A stretch of 64,000 bases of DNA from Acutalibacteraceae bacterium (GCA_045632815.1 JAZQXJ010000033.1:14966-78965); one strand, 5' to 3'. Positions 29,177 to 39,170 are shown, counted from the stretch's first letter. Numbers and translations are program-made. The notes: generated by a model not told the origin, from the sequence alone.

Positions 29177-30601
29177 TTATTCAGCTGCTTCTTCCTTCTT
29201 TTCTGCTGCTTTCTTTGTTGTCTTCTTTGCAGCGGGCTTCTTTGCGGGCTTTGCTTCATCAGCAGCCTCACCCTCTGCAGGTGCAGCTTCCTTCTTCTTG
29301 GTTGTTCTCTTTGAAGCAGGCTTCTTTGCCTTTGCTGAATCGATTACAAGCTTGATTGCATCCTGCTTTACAAGCTCTGCAGCAACTGTTGCTTCGGGAA
29401 CAAGCTCCTTAATCTTTTCAACATCAAGATGATACATCTCTGCCATCTTTGCATATTCAGCTTCAATAGCTTCTGCTGATGCTGTGAGACCTTCAAGCTC
29501 AATAATCTTTTCGATAGCAAGGTCAATCTTAACCTCTGTAACTGCGCGCTCCTTCATCTGAGCCTCAAATGCAGCCTTGTCCATTCCCATATACATAAGG
29601 TATGTGTCAAGGTCGATGCCCTGCTGAGCAATTCTCTGTGCAAATGAATCAACATCTTCCTTTGCTCTGTTGTCATACATGCACTCGGGAATTTCGCCCT
29701 CAACATTTTCAACAAGAACATCGATAACTGCATCTTCAAATGCGTTCTGAGCGCTCTCCTGCTTTCTCTTGAGGATATCTTCCTCAACGCCCTTCTTGAG
29801 ATCAGCTACTGTTTCGTATTCGCCCATATCCTTTGCGAATTCGTCATCAAGCTCGGGAAGCTCCTTAACCTTGATTTCGTGAAGCTTAATCTTGAAAACA
29901 GCTGCCTTTGATGCAAGCTCGGGTGCATATGCCTCGGGGAATGTAACGTTTACATCGAACTCTTCGCCGATTGAGTGACCGATAATCTGTTCTTCAAAGC
30001 CGGGGATGAATGAGCCTGAGCCGATTGTAAGCTCATACTTCTCTGCCTTGCCGCCGTCAAATGCAACGCCGTCAACAAAGCCTTCGAAATCGATAACGGT
30101 GATGTCGCCGTCCTTTGCAGCTCTGTCATCAACGCTGATGATTCTTGCGCTTCTCTCGAGCATACTCTCGATTTCCTGCTCAACTTCTTCCTTTGTAACC
30201 TTTGAGTCAGCCTTTTCTGCTGTAAGACCCTTATAAGCTTTAAGAGTGATTTCGGGCTTTACGGTTACATTGAAGGTCATTACAACGCCTTCTTCTTTGC
30301 TCATTGTCTTAACATCGAAATCCTTGGGTGAATCAACGGGAACGATGCCTGCTTCTTCATATGCAGCCTGAACAGCGTCAGGGAAAACGATATCAAGAGC
30401 ATCCTCAAAGAAAACTTCCTGACCGTAGAGCTTCTCAATCATCATAAGAGGAGCCTTGCCCTTACGGAAGCCGGGAATCTGAATTGACTTTCTCTGCTTG
30501 AGATATGCCTGCTGAATCGCAGCTCTGAAATCCTCAGCCGCAATAGCAATCTCAACTGAATAAGTGTTTGTTTCTGTCTTGTTTGCTGATACTAAACTCA
30601 T
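29177..30601 (-). CDS. tig: Trigger factor
   Basis: IPGFRKGKAP, FKBP domain GSGSFIPGFEEQ, position upstream of clpPX. Confidence 0.97.
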   Translation of the reverse strand: MSLVSANKTETNTYSVEIAIAAEDFRAAIQQAYLKQRKSIQIPGFRKGKAPLMMIEKLYGQEVFFEDALDIVFPDAVQAAYEEAGIVPVDSPKDFDVKTMSKEEGVVMTFNVTVKPEITLKAYKGLTAEKADSKVTKEEVEQEIESMLERSARIISVDDRAAKDGDITVIDFEGFVDGVAFDGGKAEKYELTIGSGSFIPGFEEQIIGHSIGEEFDVNVTFPEAYAPELASKAAVFKIKLHEIKVKELPELDDEFAKDMGEYETVADLKKGVEEDILKRKQESAQNAFEDAVIDVLVENVEGEIPECMYDNRAKEDVDSFAQRIAQQGIDLDTYLMYMGMDKAAFEAQMKERAVTEVKIDLAIEKIIELEGLTASAEAIEAEYAKMAEMYHLDVEKIKELVPEATVAAELVKQDAIKLVIDSAKAKKPASKRTTKKKEAAPAEGEAADEAKPAKKPAAKKTTKKAAEKKEEAAE

Positions 30602-30749
30602 TTTAGAATTCCTCCAATTCTACTTTTACCCGTAAATTATAGCAAATAAATTTACAAATTTCTATATATATTTGTATTTATTTATAATTTCTTGTTTTTA
30701 GTTAAATTTTCCGTTTTTTTATGCCGTGTTTTGGGCATATTGCCAAATA

Positions 30750-31436
30750 TCAATATACCAAAGCAGGGCAAAACTGCAGAAAATCGCTTGAAATAAGGGA
30801 AAATCTGATTCCGTCACTCTCGCCGATAAATGCACCTGCGTGGGAATAGGAATGAAGATGACCGTAATAACATCTCGTTATTTTTTCCTCAACAAGAACA
30901 TTGTAAATCTCATCGCATTTCTGAGTTATGTTAAGCGGCGGATAATGAAGAAAAACAACAGGCTCAAGCCCCGTTTCCTTTGCGGCAGCTATTGAAGCGC
31001 GCAGTCTGCCCGCCTCACGAAGCACAACCTTTTTATCCGCATCGCTTTCCGCATCAAAAAACCAGCCTCTTGTGCCGCAAATTGCAAAATCTCCCGCCGT
31101 ATAGGCATTGTTATGGAGAATATTGAGAGTGGTCAGCGAATGCTTTTCAAAAAATTCATCGGATTTTTTCTTGGTTGCCCACCAATAATCGTGATTGCCC
31201 TTAAGAATTATTTTTTTGCCCGGCAAGGAATCGAGAAACCTGAAATCCTCAAGCCCTTCATCAAGATTCATACACCAGGATATATCGCCTGCAACAACAA
31301 CCGTATCGCCGTCACGCACAAGCCTGCGCCAATTATTTTCAAGCCGCTGTTCATAATCCGTCCAGCCGCCGAAAATATTCATCGACTTGCCCGTAGCAAG
31401 CGAAAGATGCGTATCTCCGATTGCAAAAAGTGCCAT
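30750..31436 (-). CDS. Metallophosphoesterase
   Basis: DTHL, GDISW, GNHDYWW, HYPP, GHLH. Confidence 0.88.
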   Translation of the reverse strand: MALFAIGDTHLSLATGKSMNIFGGWTDYEQRLENNWRRLVRDGDTVVVAGDISWCMNLDEGLEDFRFLDSLPGKKIILKGNHDYWWATKKKSDEFFEKHSLTTLNILHNNAYTAGDFAICGTRGWFFDAESDADKKVVLREAGRLRASIAAAKETGLEPVVFLHYPPLNITQKCDEIYNVLVEEKITRCYYGHLHSYSHAGAFIGESDGIRFSLISSDFLQFCPALVY

Positions 31437-31527
31437 AGACATATCCTTTCCAAAAATATTTGAGCGCAAACCGTACATAATAGAAATGCGGAGTTATTCC
31501 GTTATATAACGAAAGGAGATCTGCGAA

Positions 31528-31716
31528 ATGAATAACGAAATCGGTGCAATCACCTGCTTTGCAAAAAACTGCATTTACCACAAGGGCAACACATCCTGCA
31601 CAGCAGGCACAATTGAGGTTGGCAATTCATCCGCCTGCAAATGCGGCGAAACACAATGCTCAACCTTCAAGCTTAACGATAATGCCGTTAATCAGCCCAG
31701 AGGTTGCTGCGATTAA
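31528..31716 (+). CDS. DUF1540 small Cys-rich protein
   Basis: I.C..NC.YH..C.A..I.V..T.C.TF pattern, RBS aaggag. Confidence 0.85.
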   Translation: MNNEIGAITCFAKNCIYHKGNTSCTAGTIEVGNSSACKCGETQCSTFKLNDNAVNQPRGCCD

Positions 31717-33197
31717 ATTCCCAGCATATCAAAAACAACGCCGTCCATTGCATCTTTTGAGCAGCAGCCGTCAAATCTGACAGCCTTGTTGCGCAGGTTT
31801 GCAAGCTGTTCGGGGCATTCTTTGCCCGTTACCTCTGCAAGGCGTTCAACCATTTCAAACTCGTCAAGTCCCTCTGTTCCGCCTGCAACGGCTTCAAGCA
31901 CGGCTGCGCTGAACTTGAAGGGGCTTGCAGTTGAAGCAATTACGGCAGGTGTTGAATCACCTGTCTTTTCTTTATAGTCATAGTATACCTTGACTGCAAC
32001 CGCTGTATGTGTGTCGCAAAGGTAGCCCTTATCCTTGAAAATCTTTGCAATTGTTGCTTTTGTTTCCTCATCGTCGCAGCAGCCTGCATCGAAAAGAGCC
32101 TTTATGCTCTCAAGAGTTGCGGAATCAACCTCATACTTGCCGCCGTCGCTGAGCTGCTTCATCCATGTCTTTACATTTTCGCTGCCGCTGACGGAATAAA
32201 GAAGTCTTTCAAGGTTACTTGAAATAAGGATATCCATTGAAGGTGAAATTGTTGTAAAGAATTCACGGTTTCTGTTATATACACCCGTAGTAAGGAACTC
32301 GGTAAGAACGGAATTGCTGTTTGAAGCGCAGATAAGCTTCTTTACGGGCAGACCCATTTCTCTTGCGTAGTAAGCCGCAAGGATGTTGCCGAAGTTACCC
32401 GTAGGAACAACAACATTGATTTCATCCCCTGCCTTGATTTCGCCGTTTGCAAGCAAATCGCAATAAGCAGAGAAATAATAAACAATTTGAGGACAGAGTC
32501 TGCCCCAGTTGATTGAGTTTGCAGATGAGAATGCCATTGAATTTTCCGCAAGCTTTTCGCCGATTGCCTTATCGGTGAAAATGCGCTTTACGCCGCTCTG
32601 TGCATCGTCAAAATTACCTTCGATAGCGCAAACGGAAACATTGTTGCCTTCCTGAGTGCACATCTGAAGCTTCTGCATGGGGCTTACGCCGTCGCTGGGA
32701 TAGAAAACAAGAATCTGTGTGTTTTCAACATCCTTGAAGCCCTCAAGCGCAGCCTTGCCCGTGTCGCCCGAAGTTGCAACAAGAATAACTATTTTTGTTC
32801 CCTTTGCAGCCTTACCGCTGGAAACGGTGAGAAGTCTGGGAAGAATCTGCAGAGCCATATCCTTGAAAGCACAGGTGGGACCCTTGAAAAGCTCAAGAAT
32901 ATGCACACCGTCTTCAATTTTTGCAAGAGGCGCAACCTTTGCATCGGAGAAGCCCGTCTCATACGCACCCTTTACGCAGGAGTCAACCTCCGCCTCTGTA
33001 AAATCGGTTAGAAAAAGAGAAAGTATTGACTTTGCTCTGCCGATATAATCAAGCTCCGCAAGCTTTGAAATTGTATTGATTGAAACCTTGGGAAGGCTTT
33101 CAGGCACGAAAAGTCCGCCCTCTGCGGAAATGCCTTTTGTGATAGCCTGAGAAGCAGTAACCTTGACCGCAGTATCTCTTGTGCTTACATAATTCAT
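31713..33197 (-). CDS. thrC: Threonine synthase
   Basis: YVSTR, GPTCAFKDMAL, ATSGDTG, NSINWGR, VPTGNFGN. Confidence 0.96.
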   Translation of the reverse strand: MNYVSTRDTAVKVTASQAITKGISAEGGLFVPESLPKVSINTISKLAELDYIGRAKSILSLFLTDFTEAEVDSCVKGAYETGFSDAKVAPLAKIEDGVHILELFKGPTCAFKDMALQILPRLLTVSSGKAAKGTKIVILVATSGDTGKAALEGFKDVENTQILVFYPSDGVSPMQKLQMCTQEGNNVSVCAIEGNFDDAQSGVKRIFTDKAIGEKLAENSMAFSSANSINWGRLCPQIVYYFSAYCDLLANGEIKAGDEINVVVPTGNFGNILAAYYAREMGLPVKKLICASNSNSVLTEFLTTGVYNRNREFFTTISPSMDILISSNLERLLYSVSGSENVKTWMKQLSDGGKYEVDSATLESIKALFDAGCCDDEETKATIAKIFKDKGYLCDTHTAVAVKVYYDYKEKTGDSTPAVIASTASPFKFSAAVLEAVAGGTEGLDEFEMVERLAEVTGKECPEQLANLRNKAVRFDGCCSKDAMDGVVFDMLGI

Positions 33198-33231
33198 TAA
33201 AACATCATCCTTTTCGGAAATAATTCATAAT

Positions 33232-33260
33232 ATTGTATCATATATTTTTGATTTTGTAAA
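33232..33260 (-). promoter_or_regulatory. sigA-type promoter of thrC
   Basis: TTTACA-N17-TACAAT with extended TG. Confidence 0.55.
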
Positions 33261-33352
33261 ATATTTTCGAAGATTTTTTCTGTATAAGCAAGAAATTTAT
33301 TTATCCTGCAACAAAAAAGCAGACCTGAACAATTACACTTTTGTGTTATATT

Positions 33353-33374
33353 TGTAAAGCTATATACCTTTACA
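33353..33374. promoter_or_regulatory. Palindrome TGTAAAG-N8-CTTTACA (site 1)
   Basis: tgtaaag-ctatatac-ctttaca. Confidence 0.7.
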
Positions 33375-33532
33375 TCGTTCTGTATTTATCTGTTTTGAGC
33401 TGATTTTACAAATAACTCGCAATCAATATGCGCCCCTTGAACCGTTGATATATCTTGTTTTTCGGGTTTTGATATGCAGGATTTATAATTTTCGTTGTTC
33501 AAAATATATTTTTGTTGTTTTCAAAACTGTTC

Positions 33533-33554
33533 TGTAAAGTTTATATGCTTTACA
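33533..33554. promoter_or_regulatory. Palindrome TGTAAAG-N8-CTTTACA (site 2)
   Basis: tgtaaag-tttatatg-ctttaca. Confidence 0.7.
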
Positions 33555-33606
33555 AGCGTGTTTTTCAAAACTTTTATACAGAGAGGCAAAAAAGTATTTT
33601 TTAACC

Positions 33607-33960
33607 TCAGAATGCATTCTCAATATGGTTTATTCTGACCAATCTGTTGCTGTCATCAACATAAACCTCGCAGACATCAAACTGCATTGCGGCATCAATC
33701 TTCATATAAGACACAAAGCTTTTCGCCGCCATTTCGAGCCTGTTTTGCTTGCCTGCATCAACTGCTTCCATAGGTCGGATATGCGTTTTTTCGTTTCTTG
33801 TTTTAACCTCAACAAAATATATTCTGCCTCGTTTGCGGGCAATAATGTCAATTTCGCCAAAGCGGCAGACATAGTTTGAGCAAAGTATTTCATACTTTTT
33901 ATCTCTGAGATAACGGGCGGCATAAACCTCGCCCCATACACCTGTTTTATTCCGTATCAT
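33607..33960 (-). CDS. yraN: YraN family endonuclease-like protein (UPF0102)
   Basis: G.WGE..A..YL, GEIDIIA, FVEVKTR, IENAF. Confidence 0.92.
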   Translation of the reverse strand: MIRNKTGVWGEVYAARYLRDKKYEILCSNYVCRFGEIDIIARKRGRIYFVEVKTRNEKTHIRPMEAVDAGKQNRLEMAAKSFVSYMKIDAAMQFDVCEVYVDDSNRLVRINHIENAF

Positions 33961-34562
33961 TTGCCTGCACCGATGATTTTGGTGAGAAACGACCTGCGGT
34001 GGCAATCCGAAATTCCGTGAGCCTCGAGCATTTCGTAATGAAGCTTTGTGCCGTAGCCCTTATGCTTTTCAAACTGATACTGCGGATATTCTTTTGCAAG
34101 CTCAAGCATAAATCTGTCCCTGCTGACCTTGGCAAGAATTGAGGCGGCGGCTATTGAAGGGCTGTTTGCATCGCCCTTGATTATTGTTTCGCCGTCTATC
34201 GAAAGAGGAGGCATTCTGTTGCCGTCGATAAGAGCGTAATCCGCAGGCACATCAAGACCTTCAACAGCTTTTCTCATTGCAAGATATGTAGCCTGAAGAA
34301 TGTTGATTTCATCAATTGTTTTTTCGTCAACGCTTGCAACGCACCAGCTGATTGCCTTCTCTTTTATAACATCAAAAAGCGCCTCACGCTTTTTTTCGGA
34401 TATTTTCTTTGAATCGTTAAGACCGTCTATAACACAGCCCTCGGGCAGAATAACAGCCGCCGCAAAAACGGGGCCTGCAAGGGGTCCTCTTCCCGCTTCA
34501 TCAACGCCGCAAACCGCTTTATACCCCTTCTGCACCGCATTAATTTCATACTGATAATCCAT
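33957..34562 (-). CDS. rnhB: Ribonuclease HII
   Basis: GVDEAGRGPLAGPV, DSKK, SIAAASILAKVSRD, HKGYGT. Confidence 0.97.
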   Translation of the reverse strand: MDYQYEINAVQKGYKAVCGVDEAGRGPLAGPVFAAAVILPEGCVIDGLNDSKKISEKKREALFDVIKEKAISWCVASVDEKTIDEINILQATYLAMRKAVEGLDVPADYALIDGNRMPPLSIDGETIIKGDANSPSIAAASILAKVSRDRFMLELAKEYPQYQFEKHKGYGTKLHYEMLEAHGISDCHRRSFLTKIIGAGK

Positions 34563-34586
34563 AATTACCTCCTGCTGAATTTAAAA

Positions 34587-34611
34587 ACGGGCGACCACAG
34601 GTCGCCCCTAC
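34587..34611 (-). repeat. GTAG-type REP-like palindrome
   Basis: Minus strand reads GTAG-gggcgacc-tgt-ggtcgccc-gt. Confidence 0.7.
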
Positions 34612-34613
34612 TG

Positions 34614-35795
34614 TTATTTAAGAAACTGTTTATCGATAACCTCATTCAGGATATCGTAAAGATACTGAAGGCTGAAATCGGATGTTTTGCTCAGCACTCC
34701 GTGCTTTGACGCAAGTTCTTCTGTGTAAGCCTCAAGAGGGTAAACCCTTATATTTGAACAACCGTAGCCGTAATGGGTAACCACTCCCGAAAACTTAACA
34801 TTTTCAAGCGCAATTTCACCTGTCGTGTTGTTCTTGACAACCTCAAAATTCAGCATACCGCCAAGCATTCTGGGTCCTCTGTTCTGGGCGGAAATAAAGT
34901 TGCCCAATGAATATGCAACAAGAGTTTTTCTGCCGTCACGGTTGGTGATATATTCAACGGGCTGAATAACGTGAGGATGAGTGCCGATAATAACATCCGC
35001 CCCCCACATCGCAAGCTTTTCGGCAAGCTCACGCTGGGCATCCGTAGGCTCGTGAGTATATTCATTGCCCCAATGCGCACTCACGATAACAACATCGGCA
35101 ATTTCCTTTGCCTTTATGATGCGCTGCTGCAGAAGCGATTCATCCGCCGCACGGACAAGTATAACCTCGGAATCGCTGGGCAATGAGAGACCGTTGGCTG
35201 AATCCGTGAAGCCGAGATAAGCGATTTTGACCCCATTCACCTCGTGCATGGGAATATTGCTCATATCCTCTGCGTTGAGATAAGCTCCGCAGGTTATAGC
35301 ATTTTTGCTTTTCCAGAAATTTATCGCCGAAACAAGACCTTTTTCGCCGCAGTCAAGGGAATGATTGGTTGCGATATTAAACACATCAAAGCCGATTTCA
35401 AGCATTTCCTCGCCCACCTCAACAGGCGAATTGAACATAGGATAGCTTGAGACATTATGCTCCGTTGAAATAACGGTTTCCTGATTGAGAATCGCAACAT
35501 CAGACTCTGCAATATAATCGGCAATTCTCTCATATGCATCGGTAAAATCATAGCCGCCGCTGCTTCTCGCCGCCGCCTGCTCATAAACCGTATCGTGAAT
35601 AAGATTATCGCCAACCGCCGCAAAGGTTACCCTCGAAAACAGCTCAGCCTGCTGAGTCGTCTGCGTATCGGCATTGGGAGACAAGCCTGCGCTTATATCG
35701 GGTCTGGAAGAATCCCTGCCGAAAAATATAACGCTCAATGCAATAATATCAAGAACAATGATTATTGCAATAAAAATCGCCATTCTTTTTTTCAT
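34614..35795 (-). CDS. CapA/PgsA-family metallophosphoesterase-fold protein
   Basis: N-terminal TM, VGDNLIH, NQE, TNHSLD, HWGNEY, GTHPHVIQ, YSLGNF. Confidence 0.9.
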   Translation of the reverse strand: MKKRMAIFIAIIIVLDIIALSVIFFGRDSSRPDISAGLSPNADTQTTQQAELFSRVTFAAVGDNLIHDTVYEQAAARSSGGYDFTDAYERIADYIAESDVAILNQETVISTEHNVSSYPMFNSPVEVGEEMLEIGFDVFNIATNHSLDCGEKGLVSAINFWKSKNAITCGAYLNAEDMSNIPMHEVNGVKIAYLGFTDSANGLSLPSDSEVILVRAADESLLQQRIIKAKEIADVVIVSAHWGNEYTHEPTDAQRELAEKLAMWGADVIIGTHPHVIQPVEYITNRDGRKTLVAYSLGNFISAQNRGPRMLGGMLNFEVVKNNTTGEIALENVKFSGVVTHYGYGCSNIRVYPLEAYTEELASKHGVLSKTSDFSLQYLYDILNEVIDKQFLK

Positions 35796-35815
35796 TTTAC
35801 CACATCTCCGAAAAA

Positions 35816-36667
35816 TCAGTCGAGAGTTAATTTGCCGAGCTTGCCGCTTCTGTATTCATCAAGAAGCATAACTGCGGCTCTTTCCGTATCCGTTTCTCCG
35901 CCCTTTATGAGCATTCCCCTTTTTGCGCCGATAAGTTCAAGAAGTTCATAGGGTTCAAGCTCTTCAAAATCGGTAATTTTATATCTTTCGGTAAGTCTTT
36001 CGGGGTAATTCTTCTGAAGAACAACAAGAAGCCTTACCGCAATTTCCTGACTGTCGAGAATTTCATCCTTGACCGAGCCGATAAATGCAAGCTTGAAGCC
36101 TACTTCGGGGTCCTCGAATTTGGGCCAGAGTACACCGGGGGTATCAAGCAATTCAATACCCGAGCCAATTGCAAACCATTGGTTGCTCCTTGTTACACCG
36201 GGCTTGTCCGCAACCTTGGCACGGTTTTTGCCTGCCATACGGTTGATAAACGAGGATTTGCCCGTATTGGGAATTCCGACAACCATAACTCTCAGGGATT
36301 TGCCTGCCATACCTTTTTCCGTATTCGCTTTGATTTTTTCCTTAAGCACTTCCCTGACCGCAGGCTGAAACTTTTCAAGTCCCTTGCCGCTTCTGCAGTC
36401 GACGGGCAGAGCCGTTACACCCTTTGCCGCAAGTTCTTTTATCTTTCTTGCGGTTGCATTGGGGTCTGCAAGGTCACATTTATTGAGCAATACTATTCTC
36501 GGCTTTGAGCCGACAATTTCATCAAGCTCGGGATTGCGGCTGCTCTCGGGAATACGGGCATCAACAAGCTCGCACACCGCATCAACCATAGAGAGACTTT
36601 CTTTTATTAATCTGCGTGTTTTCGCCATATGACCGGGAAACCACTGCACTATCATTTTTTCGTTCAT
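35816..36667 (-). CDS. rbgA: Ribosome biogenesis GTPase RbgA/YlqF
   Basis: QWFPGHM, DARIP, NKCD, GIPNTGKS, DTPG. Confidence 0.96.
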   Translation of the reverse strand: MNEKMIVQWFPGHMAKTRRLIKESLSMVDAVCELVDARIPESSRNPELDEIVGSKPRIVLLNKCDLADPNATARKIKELAAKGVTALPVDCRSGKGLEKFQPAVREVLKEKIKANTEKGMAGKSLRVMVVGIPNTGKSSFINRMAGKNRAKVADKPGVTRSNQWFAIGSGIELLDTPGVLWPKFEDPEVGFKLAFIGSVKDEILDSQEIAVRLLVVLQKNYPERLTERYKITDFEELEPYELLELIGAKRGMLIKGGETDTERAAVMLLDEYRSGKLGKLTLD

Positions 36668-36669
36668 AT

Positions 36670-37224
36670 TTATCCTATCTTAAACTGACCGAAGGGCGCA
36701 ATTCTGAAAAGCGCCTTTCCCATAATATATTCTTCTCTGATAAAACCGACGCGGTTATCGCGGCTGTCGGTTGAGTGATTTCTGTTATCACCCATAACAA
36801 AAACACAGCCCTCAGGCACAACCACGGGACCCGTGAAATCCTCTCTGTCCCTTGTGGGGTCCGCGGTGTACGGCTCATCAAGCTCCACACCATCAACATA
36901 AACCTTGCCTTTGACAAAATCAATATCCACCGTCTGACCCTCTGTTGCGATAACACGCTTAACAAGAGTATCGGGGATAACATTTGACATATCAGGCTGG
37001 CAGGTGACAACAATATCGCCGTATTCAGGCTCACCGTAAGATGCGGTGAGAACAATTCTGTCGCCCGTGTTAAGGGTTGGCCACATTGATTCGCCGACAA
37101 CTCCTACCGTTCTGAACACAAACAAAAACACAAATGCAACCGCAACAACAGCCGTTGCAACAACAGAAACCGTGTCATAAACAAACGAAGTGAAGCCTGT
37201 TCCTTTGTTTTTATTTTCCGACAT
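36670..37224 (-). CDS. lepB: Signal peptidase I
   Basis: GESMWPT, VKRVIA, GDNRNHSTDSR. Confidence 0.93.
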   Translation of the reverse strand: MSENKNKGTGFTSFVYDTVSVVATAVVAVAFVFLFVFRTVGVVGESMWPTLNTGDRIVLTASYGEPEYGDIVVTCQPDMSNVIPDTLVKRVIATEGQTVDIDFVKGKVYVDGVELDEPYTADPTRDREDFTGPVVVPEGCVFVMGDNRNHSTDSRDNRVGFIREEYIMGKALFRIAPFGQFKIG

Positions 37225-37237
37225 TGCAGACACCTCT

Positions 37238-37813
37238 TTAATCAATTTTCCATTCTCCCGTGGGGTACAATCTGAAATAAACCTCACCGAGAATGTAGCG
37301 TTCATCAATAAATCCTATATGGCTTGACCTGCTGTCAAGCGATTCGCCTCTGTTATCACCCATAACAAAAACGAAGCCTTCAGGCACCGTCAGGGGAAAC
37401 TCAACATCATAGCTCAGGGTTGTGGGCGAATTAATATAAGGCTCGTTGAGCTTTTCTCCGTTAACAAAAACATCGCCTGCAGAAAAATCGATATCAACAG
37501 TATCGCCGCCTACGGCAATAACTCTCTTGACTATGGGAACATTGCGCTCCCACGGCTGGGTGGAAATAATAATATCCCCTCTGTCTATGCTGAGGCTCAG
37601 ACCCGAAACCGCAACCCAATCGCCGTTGCGAAGGGTGGGAAACATCGAATCGCCCTCAACTCCGATAACCCTGAACACAAGGCAAAACACAACAAAAGCC
37701 ACTATCACGGCACCCTTGAGCGAATCAACAACATCATAAAGAAATGATATTCCTGCGGGTACTTTCGGCTCCTGCTGTTCAAATTCTATCCAGAATTCTT
37801 CGATTTTGCGCAT
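37238..37813 (-). CDS. lepB: Signal peptidase I (tandem paralog)
   Basis: GDSMFPT, VKRVIA, GDNRGESLDSR. Confidence 0.93.
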   Translation of the reverse strand: MRKIEEFWIEFEQQEPKVPAGISFLYDVVDSLKGAVIVAFVVFCLVFRVIGVEGDSMFPTLRNGDWVAVSGLSLSIDRGDIIISTQPWERNVPIVKRVIAVGGDTVDIDFSAGDVFVNGEKLNEPYINSPTTLSYDVEFPLTVPEGFVFVMGDNRGESLDSRSSHIGFIDERYILGEVYFRLYPTGEWKID

Positions 37814-37877
37814 CGTGTTCTCCTTTCCGTAGAGTGACCGAAGTAATCTAAAGTAATTAATTAATAGAAATAATAGT

Positions 37878-37909
37878 AAAGGTGTAACAACCGAAAAATT
37901 GTTACACCC
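37878..37909 (-). terminator. Hairpin after rplS
   Basis: ggtgtaacaa-N8-ttgttacacc. Confidence 0.65.
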
Positions 37910-37921
37910 TCATCAAGCTGA

Positions 37922-38266
37922 TTATCTGATCTGTTCCTTAACCTTTGCAGCCTTACCAACTCTGTCTCTGAGGTAGTAGAGCTTACTTCTGCGAACACGG
38001 CCGTGTCTGATTACTTCAACCTTAGCAACGTTAGGTGAGTGAACGGGGAATACCCTTTCAACGCCTACGCCGTATGATACACGGCGAACAGTGAAGGTAG
38101 CTGAAACGCCTGAACCTTTGCAAGCGATAACTGTGCCTTCAAAAGCCTGAATTCTTTCTTTGTCGCCTTCACGAATCTTAACTGATACCTTTACGGTGTC
38201 ACCAACTTCGATTGCAGGCACTTCGGACTTAAGTGAGTCCTGAGCGATTAACTTGAGTGCATCCAT
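37922..38266 (-). CDS. rplS: 50S ribosomal protein L19
   Basis: [31 protein letters not shown]. Confidence 0.98.
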   Translation of the reverse strand: MDALKLIAQDSLKSEVPAIEVGDTVKVSVKIREGDKERIQAFEGTVIACKGSGVSATFTVRRVSYGVGVERVFPVHSPNVAKVEVIRHGRVRRSKLYYLRDRVGKAAKVKEQIR

Positions 38267-38289
38267 TGTAAATTTCCTCCGATTTTTTT

Positions 38290-38329
38290 CAGAAGTTCGT
38301 AACTGCCCTTGCAGAAAGAGGAACGTCCG
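38290..38329 (-). promoter_or_regulatory. Probable L19 leader (autoregulatory RNA structure)
   Basis: cggacgttcctct...gaacttctg stem just upstream of the rplS RBS. Upstream promoter TTGCAA-N17-TATCAT at 38401-38429. Confidence 0.55.
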
Positions 38330-38507
38330 CTTTAATGTTATTGGCATTAAACCCCGTCTTTGAGCGCAATAACTCTAATGACGGCACAAATGCGAATAAT
38401 ATGATATCACAACATTTCAAATATTGCAAGAGTTTTTTTGCTGTTTTTGAATATTTTTTATATTTTGATAAATATGCACCAAAACGCCGCTTATTCCGCG
38501 CCGCCAA

Positions 38508-39170
38508 TCATTCAAAAATGCTTAAATCCTGCTGCAAAAGCTTTGTTCTGAATATAATTACATCCTCAGCCTCTGCTCCGAGACGGGCCTGAAGTGCATT
38601 GAGCAGAAGGTCTGCATTGAGATTGACCGTATTACCTGCGGAAAGAATTGCGTTGATAAAAACTTCATTACCCTCGGATTTCGTCGAAAAACTACGCACC
38701 ATTTCGCAAAGGTTGACGGTCTTTATTCCTCTTTTACTGCGCTTTTCCGCATTAAGCTCACCGCCATTGATGAGCGCCGCCGCATCTGCGGCAAATTTCT
38801 CCGCCTGCTCATCGGAAAGAAACGCCGCAACTATCTCGTATTCCGCCGCATCAATGGCATTCGGCTTGCATTCGGGCTTTGTTACATCAACAATTTCAAG
38901 TCCTTCGGGCATAACGGCATTGAGCCTTTTTTTGATTTCACCGAATGTTATTTCTCCCTCAATTCTTATATCAAGAGGCTCTCTCATACCCACCTGACCG
39001 AGAGGCAGAGGCATAAGAAAAGTCATATACGGATGGGGGTTGAAGCCCTCTGTATACCACAGGGGAATTTCCGCGCGCCTTACGGCACGGGTAAGGCAAC
39101 GGTTCATATCAAGGTGCGAGGTGTAGATTGCAAGTCCGTCTTTTTTATACCACAGTCTTACCGATTTCAT
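38508..39170 (-). CDS. TIGR03936 radical SAM-associated protein
   Basis: SHLD...RA.IP..YTEGFNPHP. Confidence 0.9.
   Translation of the reverse strand: MKSVRLWYKKDGLAIYTSHLDMNRCLTRAVRRAEIPLWYTEGFNPHPYMTFLMPLPLGQVGMREPLDIRIEGEITFGEIKKRLNAVMPEGLEIVDVTKPECKPNAIDAAEYEIVAAFLSDEQAEKFAADAAALINGGELNAEKRSKRGIKTVNLCEMVRSFSTKSEGNEVFINAILSAGNTVNLNADLLLNALQARLGAEAEDVIIFRTKLLQQDLSIFE

Noticed and set aside
31528-31716. Cys-rich peptide as a RiPP precursor for the radical SAM enzymes
   Set aside because: It matches the DUF1540 pattern, is not linked to the rSAM operons, and the rSAMs show no SPASM or RRE features.
33198-33606. T-box riboswitch or SRP RNA upstream of thrC
   Set aside because: No AAGGTGGTACC-type T-box core and no GC-rich SRP domain IV hairpin.
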